DNA of 64,000 bases from a bacterium (GTDB taxonomy: Bacteria; Patescibacteriota; Microgenomatia; Curtissbacterales; GWA2-41-24). Numbering within the stretch: the first letter of the stretch is position 1; each line of letters opens with the position of its first letter. Where the stretch lies: contig JAKALT010000004.1 of assembly GCA_021813125.1 (NCBI GenBank), forward strand, positions 7,941-71,940, in the 5' to 3' direction. A program made the translations under genes and the position numbers. Below are positions 9,429 through 17,556 of this stretch, piece by piece. Under the pieces are notes generated by a model. That model saw nothing but the letters and a program-made list of their open reading frames with translations. It did no database searches and was not told the DNA's origin.

Positions 9429-11407
9429 GGGAAAGGGCCTGCCCCTGCTTTATAATACTCTTTTGCCGCTGTGGCAGCCCCGTCCCTGTCAAATAGTTTC
9501 GGAGGGTCACAGGGTATACCATGCACAACACCATCGGCATCCGTGTATTGGCCACAATAAATTTTGTACATGGTTTCGTGGGCAGTGTCGAAATGTGTCA
9601 TGACGTAGGAATCGTCAATGCCAATAGGTGGGTCTGGCGGTGAGGGACAAGGGCCGGTATATGGTACCGGCCGACCACAATTGTGGTTTCCGCCTCCGTT
9701 ATAATATGACATTGCGCCGACCATTTCATTAAAAGTAGCCGGGGGGCGGTTTCCAAAACCAAGATAACCCATTTTAACTTTAATCAGGTCGCCGGCGTAA
9801 TATGCGGTGTCTTGAAGGCTACTGAATTTACAGCCTGAGTTCCAAGTCCCGCCATAAGCCGTACAGTCTGCCGCGCTTGTTACATCTGGCTCTATCTCCA
9901 TTCCGAGAGTTCGCCCGCTTATAAAGGAACCGTCGTCGTACCAGCTGGCTTCAACATAATCTAAGCCAACAAGTAATTCACAAGCAACCCCGCTTTTCTG
10001 GGCGCCGTATACTGCAGCTGGGACTACTTGACCAGGAGAGTTTAGCCTGTTGAGGATGGTTGGAGAAACAGCCCCCACCGAAGGTGGTATTGGATTGGGT
10101 AATAGATTGGAGAATCCTGATCCTGCCCCGCAACTGCCGAGTGCCAGCGATTCTATATCGTAGTAAACATTGAACACATTTATAATACTGGCGTTTTGAA
10201 AATCGGGCGTGTTTTGGGCTTGGGTTGTAAAGTTAAACTTAATCTGTGCATTTGCATCTATAGTTGATGGGCAACTGGGGGTTGGGGAAATTGTAAGGGG
10301 GGCGGTTGAACCATTACTTTTGACAAGTGTTGTTAAGTCTTCACAAGTAACATTTATAAGCTTTACGGATTTGGCGGTAAGAGTTACTTCGAAATTGATA
10401 GTTTTGGGCAGGTCAGAATTTTGGAGACTTGAAGGTGTTGCGGTTTTTGTGACCGTCAAATAAGCACTCCCCGGTGGCGGAATGATATTTTGGCTTTTAT
10501 CTGTTTGGGTTGTGGCAAATTTTCCTGGAGTCAGGACACCGTTGTTAATAATTGTCATGGTTGCGGCTGCCGCGACAGTAGTGCCTACCGAAATGGCTGC
10601 TATTTTGCCTACGGCTACTGTTGAACCTCCCGAGAGCATTCCGAGTAGGTTGCTGCCGACACTAAGTGCGCTGCTTAAAAGCGAGCCTCCGGCACTGGTG
10701 AGCCCGTTGACAAACCAAGATCCTAGGCTGGTGAAGGTGCTGCCAAGTCCGGACCAGAATCCACTAGTAGAGATACTGCCAATAGGTATACCCTCAATGC
10801 GGGATACTATGGGATCTATGACATAATTGCCTATAACGTAACCCGCGAGGCCGCCAAGAATAGCAAACCCCGTTATTATTATTGGGGCGGATATTACTGC
10901 GACCGGTACCAAAAGGCATCCAAAGATTGTTGCTGCACAGACTCCAACTGCAAACGAAATAAATGAGCCTGCTACGTAGGTACCAACAATGGTGCCCGCG
11001 CCCGCGCCGATGCCGGTTGAAACCAAGCCCGCAGCGCCTTGATCAAGACCGAGTGCAATTAGAGCCCCTGCTATCCCCAGTAGGGTTGCTCCACCCAGGA
11101 AACCAATTAGCGCTCCCAGAGGCGGGGCGACTATTAATGAAATGCCAAAGGTGTATGGAGCAAGCGCGATTCCAACTTGAATTCCTATATATCCACCCCA
11201 TATAGCGCCCCCGACCCCGCCTGCTGTAGCGCCAACTTTGAACCCAGAGAGTGCAACTTTACCTAGGTGGTTGGCCCATGCTAGTGCGGTTAAAAATGCG
11301 GCTGAAACTCCGAGTGTGAGGTATTTTGCCGCTTTTTTTGAAAACTCCGCTACCTGGCTTTCAGGATTTAAATTTTTAAGCTTTTTGAGGTTGTCTAAAA
11401 GAGACAT
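9425..11407 (-). CDS. Glycine-zipper-rich polytopic membrane protein with a beta-rich ectodomain and a Cys-rich C-terminal domain that may be a cell-wall hydrolase (PrgK/TcpG-like role?)
   Basis: 660 aa. About 270 aa of repeated GxxxG-type hydrophobic helices are followed by a T/S-rich region. The C-terminal domain has many Cys, His and Trp residues (DYVEASWYDDGS..., NHNCGRPVPYTGPCP). It lies immediately downstream of VirB4. Confidence 0.4.
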   Translation of the reverse strand: MSLLDNLKKLKNLNPESQVAEFSKKAAKYLTLGVSAAFLTALAWANHLGKVALSGFKVGATAGGVGGAIWGGYIGIQVGIALAPYTFGISLIVAPPLGALIGFLGGATLLGIAGALIALGLDQGAAGLVSTGIGAGAGTIVGTYVAGSFISFAVGVCAATIFGCLLVPVAVISAPIIITGFAILGGLAGYVIGNYVIDPIVSRIEGIPIGSISTSGFWSGLGSTFTSLGSWFVNGLTSAGGSLLSSALSVGSNLLGMLSGGSTVAVGKIAAISVGTTVAAAATMTIINNGVLTPGKFATTQTDKSQNIIPPPGSAYLTVTKTATPSSLQNSDLPKTINFEVTLTAKSVKLINVTCEDLTTLVKSNGSTAPLTISPTPSCPSTIDANAQIKFNFTTQAQNTPDFQNASIINVFNVYYDIESLALGSCGAGSGFSNLLPNPIPPSVGAVSPTILNRLNSPGQVVPAAVYGAQKSGVACELLVGLDYVEASWYDDGSFISGRTLGMEIEPDVTSAADCTAYGGTWNSGCKFSSLQDTAYYAGDLIKVKMGYLGFGNRPPATFNEMVGAMSYYNGGGNHNCGRPVPYTGPCPSPPDPPIGIDDSYVMTHFDTAHETMYKIYCGQYTDADGVVHGIPCDPPKLFDRDGAATAAKEYYKAGAGPFP

Positions 11408-11523
11408 GGGTTTCTATTTAAATATACTAGTATGCCTTACTCTAAAGCAAAGAGATTTTGGGTGCAGAGGATTTAAGAAGGATGAACGCTTGGGTTGGGG
11501 GTGCCGCTTGCGCAAGTTGGTGA

Positions 11524-11571
11524 AGGTCAGGCCTTTTTCCATGAGAGACCGATAGCTAAGGCCTGACCTTG
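11524..11571. repeat. Palindromic intergenic element, copy 1 (AAGGTCAGGCCTT - 22-nt loop - AAGGCCTGACCTT)
   Basis: Perfect 13-bp inverted repeat lying between the 660-aa gene and virB4. Confidence 0.7.
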
Positions 11572-11602
11572 GCTTGACTAGTGCTGTTGGTTGTGGTGCG
11601 GA

Positions 11603-13507
11603 TCACTGATTCAACGAAGTTGGGGGTGATTGGTTTCCGTCGGTGCCTTTAGTTGCTTGTTGGTTTGCGGCTGAGTCGCTTTCAAATTGCTTGACGATCT
11701 CTTCTTGCGTATGCTGTTCCATTTGTTTGAGCTCTTCGGGGTTTGTGGTTACAAGTGAATGCTCCTCTTCCGATGCCATGACACGGACTGCAACATGGTT
11801 GGGGCCGGCAAAGAATATACCTTCTCCAACGTCGGCCGCCAAAAGAAGGTGTCTTTCTCCTTCTGAAAGATAAAAAACTTCGGCAACTTTGTCGATTGCT
11901 GCAGGTGACTGTTTCAGCAAAATTTGAAATGATGAGTTGGTAACAATTGCTTTGCCGTAGTCTGTGCTTAGAAAGTCTTCGACGTCCTGAGAAATTGTAG
12001 TCAGACCAAGGTAGTATTTACGGGCTCGTTTGGCGATTGAATAAAGAAAGGTGGCGCTTTCGGGAAACTGCATCATATACCAAGCCTCGTCGACGACTAA
12101 GAGGCGTTTTCTGATGTCGTTTTTGATCCTGGTCCAGATGAAATCCAAAATAAGATACATGGCGATGGGTCTTAGCTCCTCCTCTAAACTTTTTACGGAA
12201 AAGACGGTGAAGGTGTTTCGGAGGTCGATATTCGACTGCTGGTTGAAGATGCCGATAAGTGAGCCTTTAACGAATTTTTCAATGCGGTCTGCAAGGCTTT
12301 TGGCCTCGACTTCTTCCATGCCGAGTAAAACTTTGTAAAGATCCTCCATAAGTGGCGGTTCGTTTTTCTGGGTTGATGGGTCGGGAGTTATCCCTTTTTG
12401 CCTGTAAGTGTCGACTAGGGCTTTATCCAAAACGGCATCTTCGGCAGGACTCATGTTACCCATGACGACTTTAAAAAATCCATGGAGGGAAAGAATTTTA
12501 AGGCCCAGTTCATTTTCGCCTTCTTCATAAACCCCGGAAAGGTCAAAGGGATTAATTTTAGCGGGAGAATCGAAGCTAAAGGTGATGTATTCGCCACCTA
12601 TAGCATTGCAGAGATTTTTATATTCTTCTTCCGGGTCAATGACGAGGACTTCTGTTCCAAACATCAGAGATCTTAGGGCTTCAAGTTTGACAAGGTACGA
12701 TTTCCCGGCACCGGATTTGGCAAAGATTACCGAATTGGCGTTTTCCTGGGTGAATCGGTCGAAAATGACCAGGGAGCCGTTGTGCTCGTTTATTCCATAC
12801 ATGATGCCGGTGTTGGATGTTAAAGATGAGGAAATAAACGGAAAAGTTGTGGCAAGAGATGTAGTGTCCATGTTACGGGTTATGTAGAGATGATCCGTTT
12901 GCTGGGGGAGAGTCGTTTTGAATGCATCTTCCATTTGTAATGTGGCGTGTTTGGGCACAAGAAGAAGGGCGCCCATGGTTGATTCAACCTGCTTGGTGAC
13001 CAAATCCAATTCTTCTTTAGAGTCAGCAGGGATAGTGACATAAAGACCGAATTGAAAGAATCGTTCCTGGCCTTTGACCAGCTCTTCCTGCAGGAGCTGG
13101 GCGTCTTCCAGGGCTGCCTGGACGGCCGGGTCGAGAACTTTGCCATGCTGGATGTCCGATGCTATTGTTGCCTCCATTTCGGTGACTTTGCGCTTAAGAT
13201 CGTCCAGAACTCCTTTGGCTTCAACGGGATATTGATACATGGAAATTTCCAGAGTGTGAACAAAGTTGATTAACGGTGAGAGCCAATTAGCCTGGACGTA
13301 TCTGGGATAACCAACGACAAAAAGGGTTCGAAAGTAGGTTGAGCCTATTTTAATGTAGTCGAAATCGACTTCGATTGCCGGCGGGGCAATAATGTCTTTA
13401 ACGGAGACAACGCCTTTTGAAAGAGTTTGCGACCATTGCTTTTCCTTGTCGCTCAAAAGCTCTTGAGGATTTTTGGCTTTGGGTTTTAGGATGTTGACTA
13501 AATTCAT
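11603..13507 (-). CDS. virB4: Type IV secretion VirB4/TraC/PrgJ-family ATPase
   Basis: 634 aa. The N-terminus IAPPAIEVDFDYIKIGSTYFRTLFVVGYPRYV is typical of Gram-positive VirB4 homologues. Walker A is IFAKSGAGKSYLVK and Walker B is RLLVVDEAWYMM. Confidence 0.8.
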   Translation of the reverse strand: MNLVNILKPKAKNPQELLSDKEKQWSQTLSKGVVSVKDIIAPPAIEVDFDYIKIGSTYFRTLFVVGYPRYVQANWLSPLINFVHTLEISMYQYPVEAKGVLDDLKRKVTEMEATIASDIQHGKVLDPAVQAALEDAQLLQEELVKGQERFFQFGLYVTIPADSKEELDLVTKQVESTMGALLLVPKHATLQMEDAFKTTLPQQTDHLYITRNMDTTSLATTFPFISSSLTSNTGIMYGINEHNGSLVIFDRFTQENANSVIFAKSGAGKSYLVKLEALRSLMFGTEVLVIDPEEEYKNLCNAIGGEYITFSFDSPAKINPFDLSGVYEEGENELGLKILSLHGFFKVVMGNMSPAEDAVLDKALVDTYRQKGITPDPSTQKNEPPLMEDLYKVLLGMEEVEAKSLADRIEKFVKGSLIGIFNQQSNIDLRNTFTVFSVKSLEEELRPIAMYLILDFIWTRIKNDIRKRLLVVDEAWYMMQFPESATFLYSIAKRARKYYLGLTTISQDVEDFLSTDYGKAIVTNSSFQILLKQSPAAIDKVAEVFYLSEGERHLLLAADVGEGIFFAGPNHVAVRVMASEEEHSLVTTNPEELKQMEQHTQEEIVKQFESDSAANQQATKGTDGNQSPPTSLNQ

Positions 13508-14397
13508 TGTTGTGGCGGGTTTTGGTTTGGATTAAGTTGTTGCTCTCCGCGAATAGACTGGGCAGCTTTGGCGGTTGCCGTCTTAAGGTTTTCCAAAGCC
13601 TCCATTTGGGAAGGTGCAGGTGCCCGTTGGTTAATGTTTGGAAGGGAATCTGCGTAACCCGGTTGCGGTATCGGCTGGGAGGGTTCCTGGGTATAGGTTG
13701 GTTGCGGTTGAACCGGCGCTGGAGTTGGTACTTCCACCGCCGGTTCAACCATTGGTGTTGTGTAAGATGCTGAATCCAGAATTACCCTTTGAGTGCCTGT
13801 TGGCGCAGGATTATAGATGTCATAGAAGAGTTCAATTAGATCTTTTGTGGTTAGCTGCTTGGTTGTGAGACCAAGGCGGGCCGTCTGTTTTATTAAATGT
13901 TCCCGTTTTGGGGCAAGGGCAACTTTGGCGTCTTGGACCAGCTGTTCTTTATTGTTTGTTTTTACCGGTTTTTTGATGCCAGTTAAGCCAAGCTCGATTG
14001 GAGAAAAGCTGAGGACAAGATAAAAGCGTTTATCCAAAATGGTTTTTTGCTGAACGGTGGACTGGATAAAATCCATGTATTTTTGAATTTGACGCTTAAG
14101 GTCGGGATTCTGCTGGTTTCTTTCTGCTTCAACTAGATGTTGGTAATAGGCAGTGATGTCGGCTCTTTTGGATCGTATCAGAATTTGGATTGGAAACGTC
14201 AGCGAGTTTAAAAGGGCGCCATAAGCATAGATTGTGGCATCTTGTTCAGCTTCCGAGAGAATGTCGAAATTGACTGCAGTTGTTGCAAGGACCATGGCAA
14301 CCCAGCCTGTTTTTAAGATAACGAAGTCTTCGGTTATGTCTTCGATATCCAGATGTTCCTGGGTCGAAGCCTTAATTTTTTGGGCAGCTTGAGCCAT
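13504..14397 (-). CDS. Hypothetical T4SS-associated protein with a Pro/Gln-rich C-terminus
   Basis: 297 aa, translationally coupled upstream of virB4. It has no clear TM segment and ends in a low-complexity P/Q-rich tail. Confidence 0.4.
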   Translation of the reverse strand: MAQAAQKIKASTQEHLDIEDITEDFVILKTGWVAMVLATTAVNFDILSEAEQDATIYAYGALLNSLTFPIQILIRSKRADITAYYQHLVEAERNQQNPDLKRQIQKYMDFIQSTVQQKTILDKRFYLVLSFSPIELGLTGIKKPVKTNNKEQLVQDAKVALAPKREHLIKQTARLGLTTKQLTTKDLIELFYDIYNPAPTGTQRVILDSASYTTPMVEPAVEVPTPAPVQPQPTYTQEPSQPIPQPGYADSLPNINQRAPAPSQMEALENLKTATAKAAQSIRGEQQLNPNQNPPQQ

Positions 14398-15948
14398 TTA
14401 ATTTATCCTTTCTCCCCTGACTCCAATCGGGGCAAGCACTTGACCTGTTAGGTGAAGAGAAACCGGCTTAAAGGATGCAATGTCGCTTTCGGCTTCGATT
14501 GTGTAAGTGCCGCTAGACAAAGGGGTTGCAGAAAGAAACTGGCCAAGCTTGTTGGTTTTCAGGGCCCTTACCGGTATGCCGCTTTCGTCGCGGACCACCA
14601 GAACTGCTCCTTCGATCGGACTGCCTTTATCGTCGGTTACCAGGCCGGAAAGGACATTGGGTTTGTCGGTTAAGGGAATAATTTGAGCCTGCTGGACGCT
14701 CGGTGCAGCCTGAGTTTGTTGGTCTTTATCGGATATTGAAAACTGCGAAAATTCCCGTTTTTGCTGTTTTGGTTTTTCCTCCGTTTTCGGTGCGAGTTTA
14801 GCTGGATGCTGATCTGAATATTGGGTAGTTTCTTGCTTTGGCAGCTGTTTTGGTTGGACTTGAGGCTCAGTTGTTATTTGCGGCGCTGCTTGGACTTTTT
14901 CTTCCTGAATAGGCAGGACAACGGTTGGTGAGTTGTCTTCGAAATGGTATCTCTTTTTGAGCTCGTCGGAGATGTCAAATTTGCGCTCGCCGCGAATTGG
15001 AAGTTTGGAAAGGTCAAAATTGACAGGAGGTGCAAAGTGAAGTTTTCTGACTCTGGTATTACCCACTCCGTGAACAAGTCGAAATTGACCCTCGGAAATT
15101 TTGATAGGTATAACATTATCGAGTGAATAGTTGGTTTCCGATGCCAGATGAGCACTTGGCCTTGCCAGGTCAATTATTTCCTGAGGTTTGTGGTCCAGGC
15201 GCTTTTCGATGCCGGACAAGGTGAATTGTTTAGCTTGTGGCTGTATTTTTGCCCGAGTGAGGGCAGCGGGAGTCTTTTGGGAGATTATTTGTGGTCTCGG
15301 TTCGGGTTCCAAAACCGGAGCCGTTTGGCCTTGGGGAATTTCCTGAAGCGGACCGGAAACTTGCGGAAGTGACCCCAAAAGATAGCCGGACTCTCCTTGG
15401 CCGATCGCTACATATTTATCCTCCCAGGGACTTATCGGCCAAAGAATTGCAGGAGGTAGGTTACCTTCATACTGGCCGGCTGGGAAGCCAAGCCTGTCTA
15501 GTGCCAGTTGTTCTTTAATATCTAAGGAGGTGACGTTTTCTTTTGGAAGAGAACGTAGGTAGGCAATCATTCTTTCCCTGCCTTTTTCTGTTATTTCCTG
15601 GGGAATTTTAGCCTCTTTTTGGGGAGGTTTGGTGACCACGCTCAAAAAGCCCGGAATCCTTTTTTCTTTGATCCAAATCCTTTGGGTAGGGGCTGAGACC
15701 GCTTTGATAAAGGCAAAGATCCATTTATCAAAAGGCCTTCCACCGACAGGTACAAGAGCAATAAAAGCCCCGACGATGCCAATTGTTGCGGCCAAAGGCA
15801 AACGCAAAAGGGTTGGCAGGCCGGAAAAATAAACGAGTACGGCAATTGAAAGAGGGAATATTAAAGTTATAAACTGCCGTGCAGTGAGGTTGCCGAACAG
15901 TTTAAATTCAAAAGCCGCAATATGTTGCGGGACAGGATGCTGCTCCAT
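14398..15948 (-). CDS. PrgI/VirB3-like membrane protein fused to a long C-terminal extension with a carboxypeptidase-regulatory-like beta domain
   Basis: The N-terminal roughly 100 aa (AAFEFKLFGNLTARQFITLIFPLSIAVLVY...) match the PrgI-family pattern of two TM helices. The C-terminus SGLVTDDKGSPIEGAVLVVRDESGIPVRALKTNKLGQF resembles a CarboxypepD_reg-type fold. Confidence 0.5.
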   Translation of the reverse strand: MEQHPVPQHIAAFEFKLFGNLTARQFITLIFPLSIAVLVYFSGLPTLLRLPLAATIGIVGAFIALVPVGGRPFDKWIFAFIKAVSAPTQRIWIKEKRIPGFLSVVTKPPQKEAKIPQEITEKGRERMIAYLRSLPKENVTSLDIKEQLALDRLGFPAGQYEGNLPPAILWPISPWEDKYVAIGQGESGYLLGSLPQVSGPLQEIPQGQTAPVLEPEPRPQIISQKTPAALTRAKIQPQAKQFTLSGIEKRLDHKPQEIIDLARPSAHLASETNYSLDNVIPIKISEGQFRLVHGVGNTRVRKLHFAPPVNFDLSKLPIRGERKFDISDELKKRYHFEDNSPTVVLPIQEEKVQAAPQITTEPQVQPKQLPKQETTQYSDQHPAKLAPKTEEKPKQQKREFSQFSISDKDQQTQAAPSVQQAQIIPLTDKPNVLSGLVTDDKGSPIEGAVLVVRDESGIPVRALKTNKLGQFLSATPLSSGTYTIEAESDIASFKPVSLHLTGQVLAPIGVRGERIN

Positions 15949-16155
15949 AATAAATAAAATTCGAAATTCGAAATCCTAAATTCGAAAATTCTGATTTGTT
16001 CCGTGTTTCGATTTTCGCGCTTCGGATTTTTAGCCTATGGCTACCATAGCATATGAAACAAGAGGGTAAAAGTAGCGCACTTAGCCTCGAAAGTTGAGAA
16101 TTTTCACAAAAAATTAGTGATATGGTGGGATATCTTTTGGTCAGTAGAAGTTGTT

Positions 16156-16203
16156 AAGGTCAGGCCTTTTTCTTGCAAGAGGCGTTGGTTAAGGCCAGAC
16201 TTT
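16156..16203. repeat. Palindromic intergenic element, copy 2
   Basis: AAGGTCAGGCCTT...AAGGCCAGACTTT (two mismatches), lying between the PrgI-fusion gene and the AAA-wHTH gene. Confidence 0.6.
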
Positions 16204-16219
16204 TGCCAGGGATGGCTAT

Positions 16220-17476
16220 TTACGGTTCAAATTTAAGGCCTCGGCCTTTTACGGTCTGGATGTGTACAGGCTTGGCGGGTTCGTCTTCGATTTTCTTTCT
16301 AAGCCTGAAGACCATTTGATCTATTGCCTCATCACTTATTGCTTCCGAAGACTGGGTTTGTGGCCAGACGGCCTTTATGATCTGGTCCCGGTCGAGAACT
16401 TTTTTGGGATTTTCAATTAGAAACTTGAGCAGGCGATATTCCTGAGGAGAAAGAAGTTCGGAGATTATACTTTCCCCCTTTTTAATTTCGTTGGTTTGGG
16501 CGTCAAAAACAATCTTAGTTTGGAGATTTAATTTGGTTGTCTTTATAAATTCCTCAAAGATGGGGATAGTGATTTTATTTTGGTATGAAATTAGATCTAA
16601 ATTGATTAGAGTTTCGTCTATCTGGCTTGGAGTTTTACCCTGGGTAATTGTTAAAAGAGTTTGCTGTTCGACGCCGGTTAGAAATAGCCAAATTTCGTAT
16701 AAAGCCGCTTGTATTTGGTGATTTTTTAAAAGTTGGTTGGTTGTTGGGTCAACATTTTGGCCAAGAATAAGATCTGCTGCGATTTTGGTAAGTTTAGCAT
16801 GGCCACCTGTTATTTTGGTGATTTTGGACTTTTCGTCTTCCTTAAGCTTTTTGGAAAAAACTGCCTCAATTTGGGCAAAAAGATGGTTCAGGGCTGATTT
16901 CTCAAAGATTTTTAGGTAAATGGTATTGCCGATAAAAAAGTCCCAGTACTCTTTGAGGATTTCTTCATCAACCAGACCTGACAGATCTCTTCTGGTTGCA
17001 AAAACCACCGAGAATTTGTATTTAGCGATATTTTTGAGGTTTTTTAAGGTTTGGAAAAAAAACCTGGGAAGTTGGTTTTGGAACTCGTCAAAATGGTCAA
17101 GCAGAAAGATTAAGGTTTGACCCAAATCAGATAATTTATTGACTTCCTCTGAGAGCTGCTTAGTTAAAATTAATTGATCGTCGAGGCTTTTGGGGTCTTG
17201 GTCCATGGCAACTATAAGAAACCTCAAGATTTGAGTGTCGGTTAATTCTGAGAGTTCGAGCAGATTTAGGTATACAAAACGCAGGTTTTTTTCTTTTTCG
17301 CCGAGATGAAACCTCAAAAGGCTACGGTTGTGGGCCAGAAGCCTAAGGATTGTGGCCTTGCCGGCACCGGGAATGCAGATTAGCTGGCAAAATTTGCCGG
17401 TTGTAACGCAGTCTAGAACGGACTTGATTTCTGTTTTTCTAAAATCGTCAGGAAAAGCAGACTCAAAAATTTTCAC
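16220..17476 (-). CDS. AAA+ P-loop ATPase with a C-terminal OmpR/PhoB-type winged-helix DNA-binding domain; putative regulator
   Basis: Walker A is ICIPGAGKATILRLL. The C-terminal region EYRLLKFLIENPKKVLDRDQIIKAVW...QMVFRLRKKIE...IQTVKGRGLKF matches the trans_reg_C pattern. Confidence 0.55.
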   Translation of the reverse strand: MKIFESAFPDDFRKTEIKSVLDCVTTGKFCQLICIPGAGKATILRLLAHNRSLLRFHLGEKEKNLRFVYLNLLELSELTDTQILRFLIVAMDQDPKSLDDQLILTKQLSEEVNKLSDLGQTLIFLLDHFDEFQNQLPRFFFQTLKNLKNIAKYKFSVVFATRRDLSGLVDEEILKEYWDFFIGNTIYLKIFEKSALNHLFAQIEAVFSKKLKEDEKSKITKITGGHAKLTKIAADLILGQNVDPTTNQLLKNHQIQAALYEIWLFLTGVEQQTLLTITQGKTPSQIDETLINLDLISYQNKITIPIFEEFIKTTKLNLQTKIVFDAQTNEIKKGESIISELLSPQEYRLLKFLIENPKKVLDRDQIIKAVWPQTQSSEAISDEAIDQMVFRLRKKIEDEPAKPVHIQTVKGRGLKFEP

Positions 17477-17556
17477 TTAGTAATTATACCGCTGTTAGCT
17501 TCCTGTTAGCCAAATATCAAGCACAAACGTCTCTAGTTGGTTAATCTACGTGCAAC

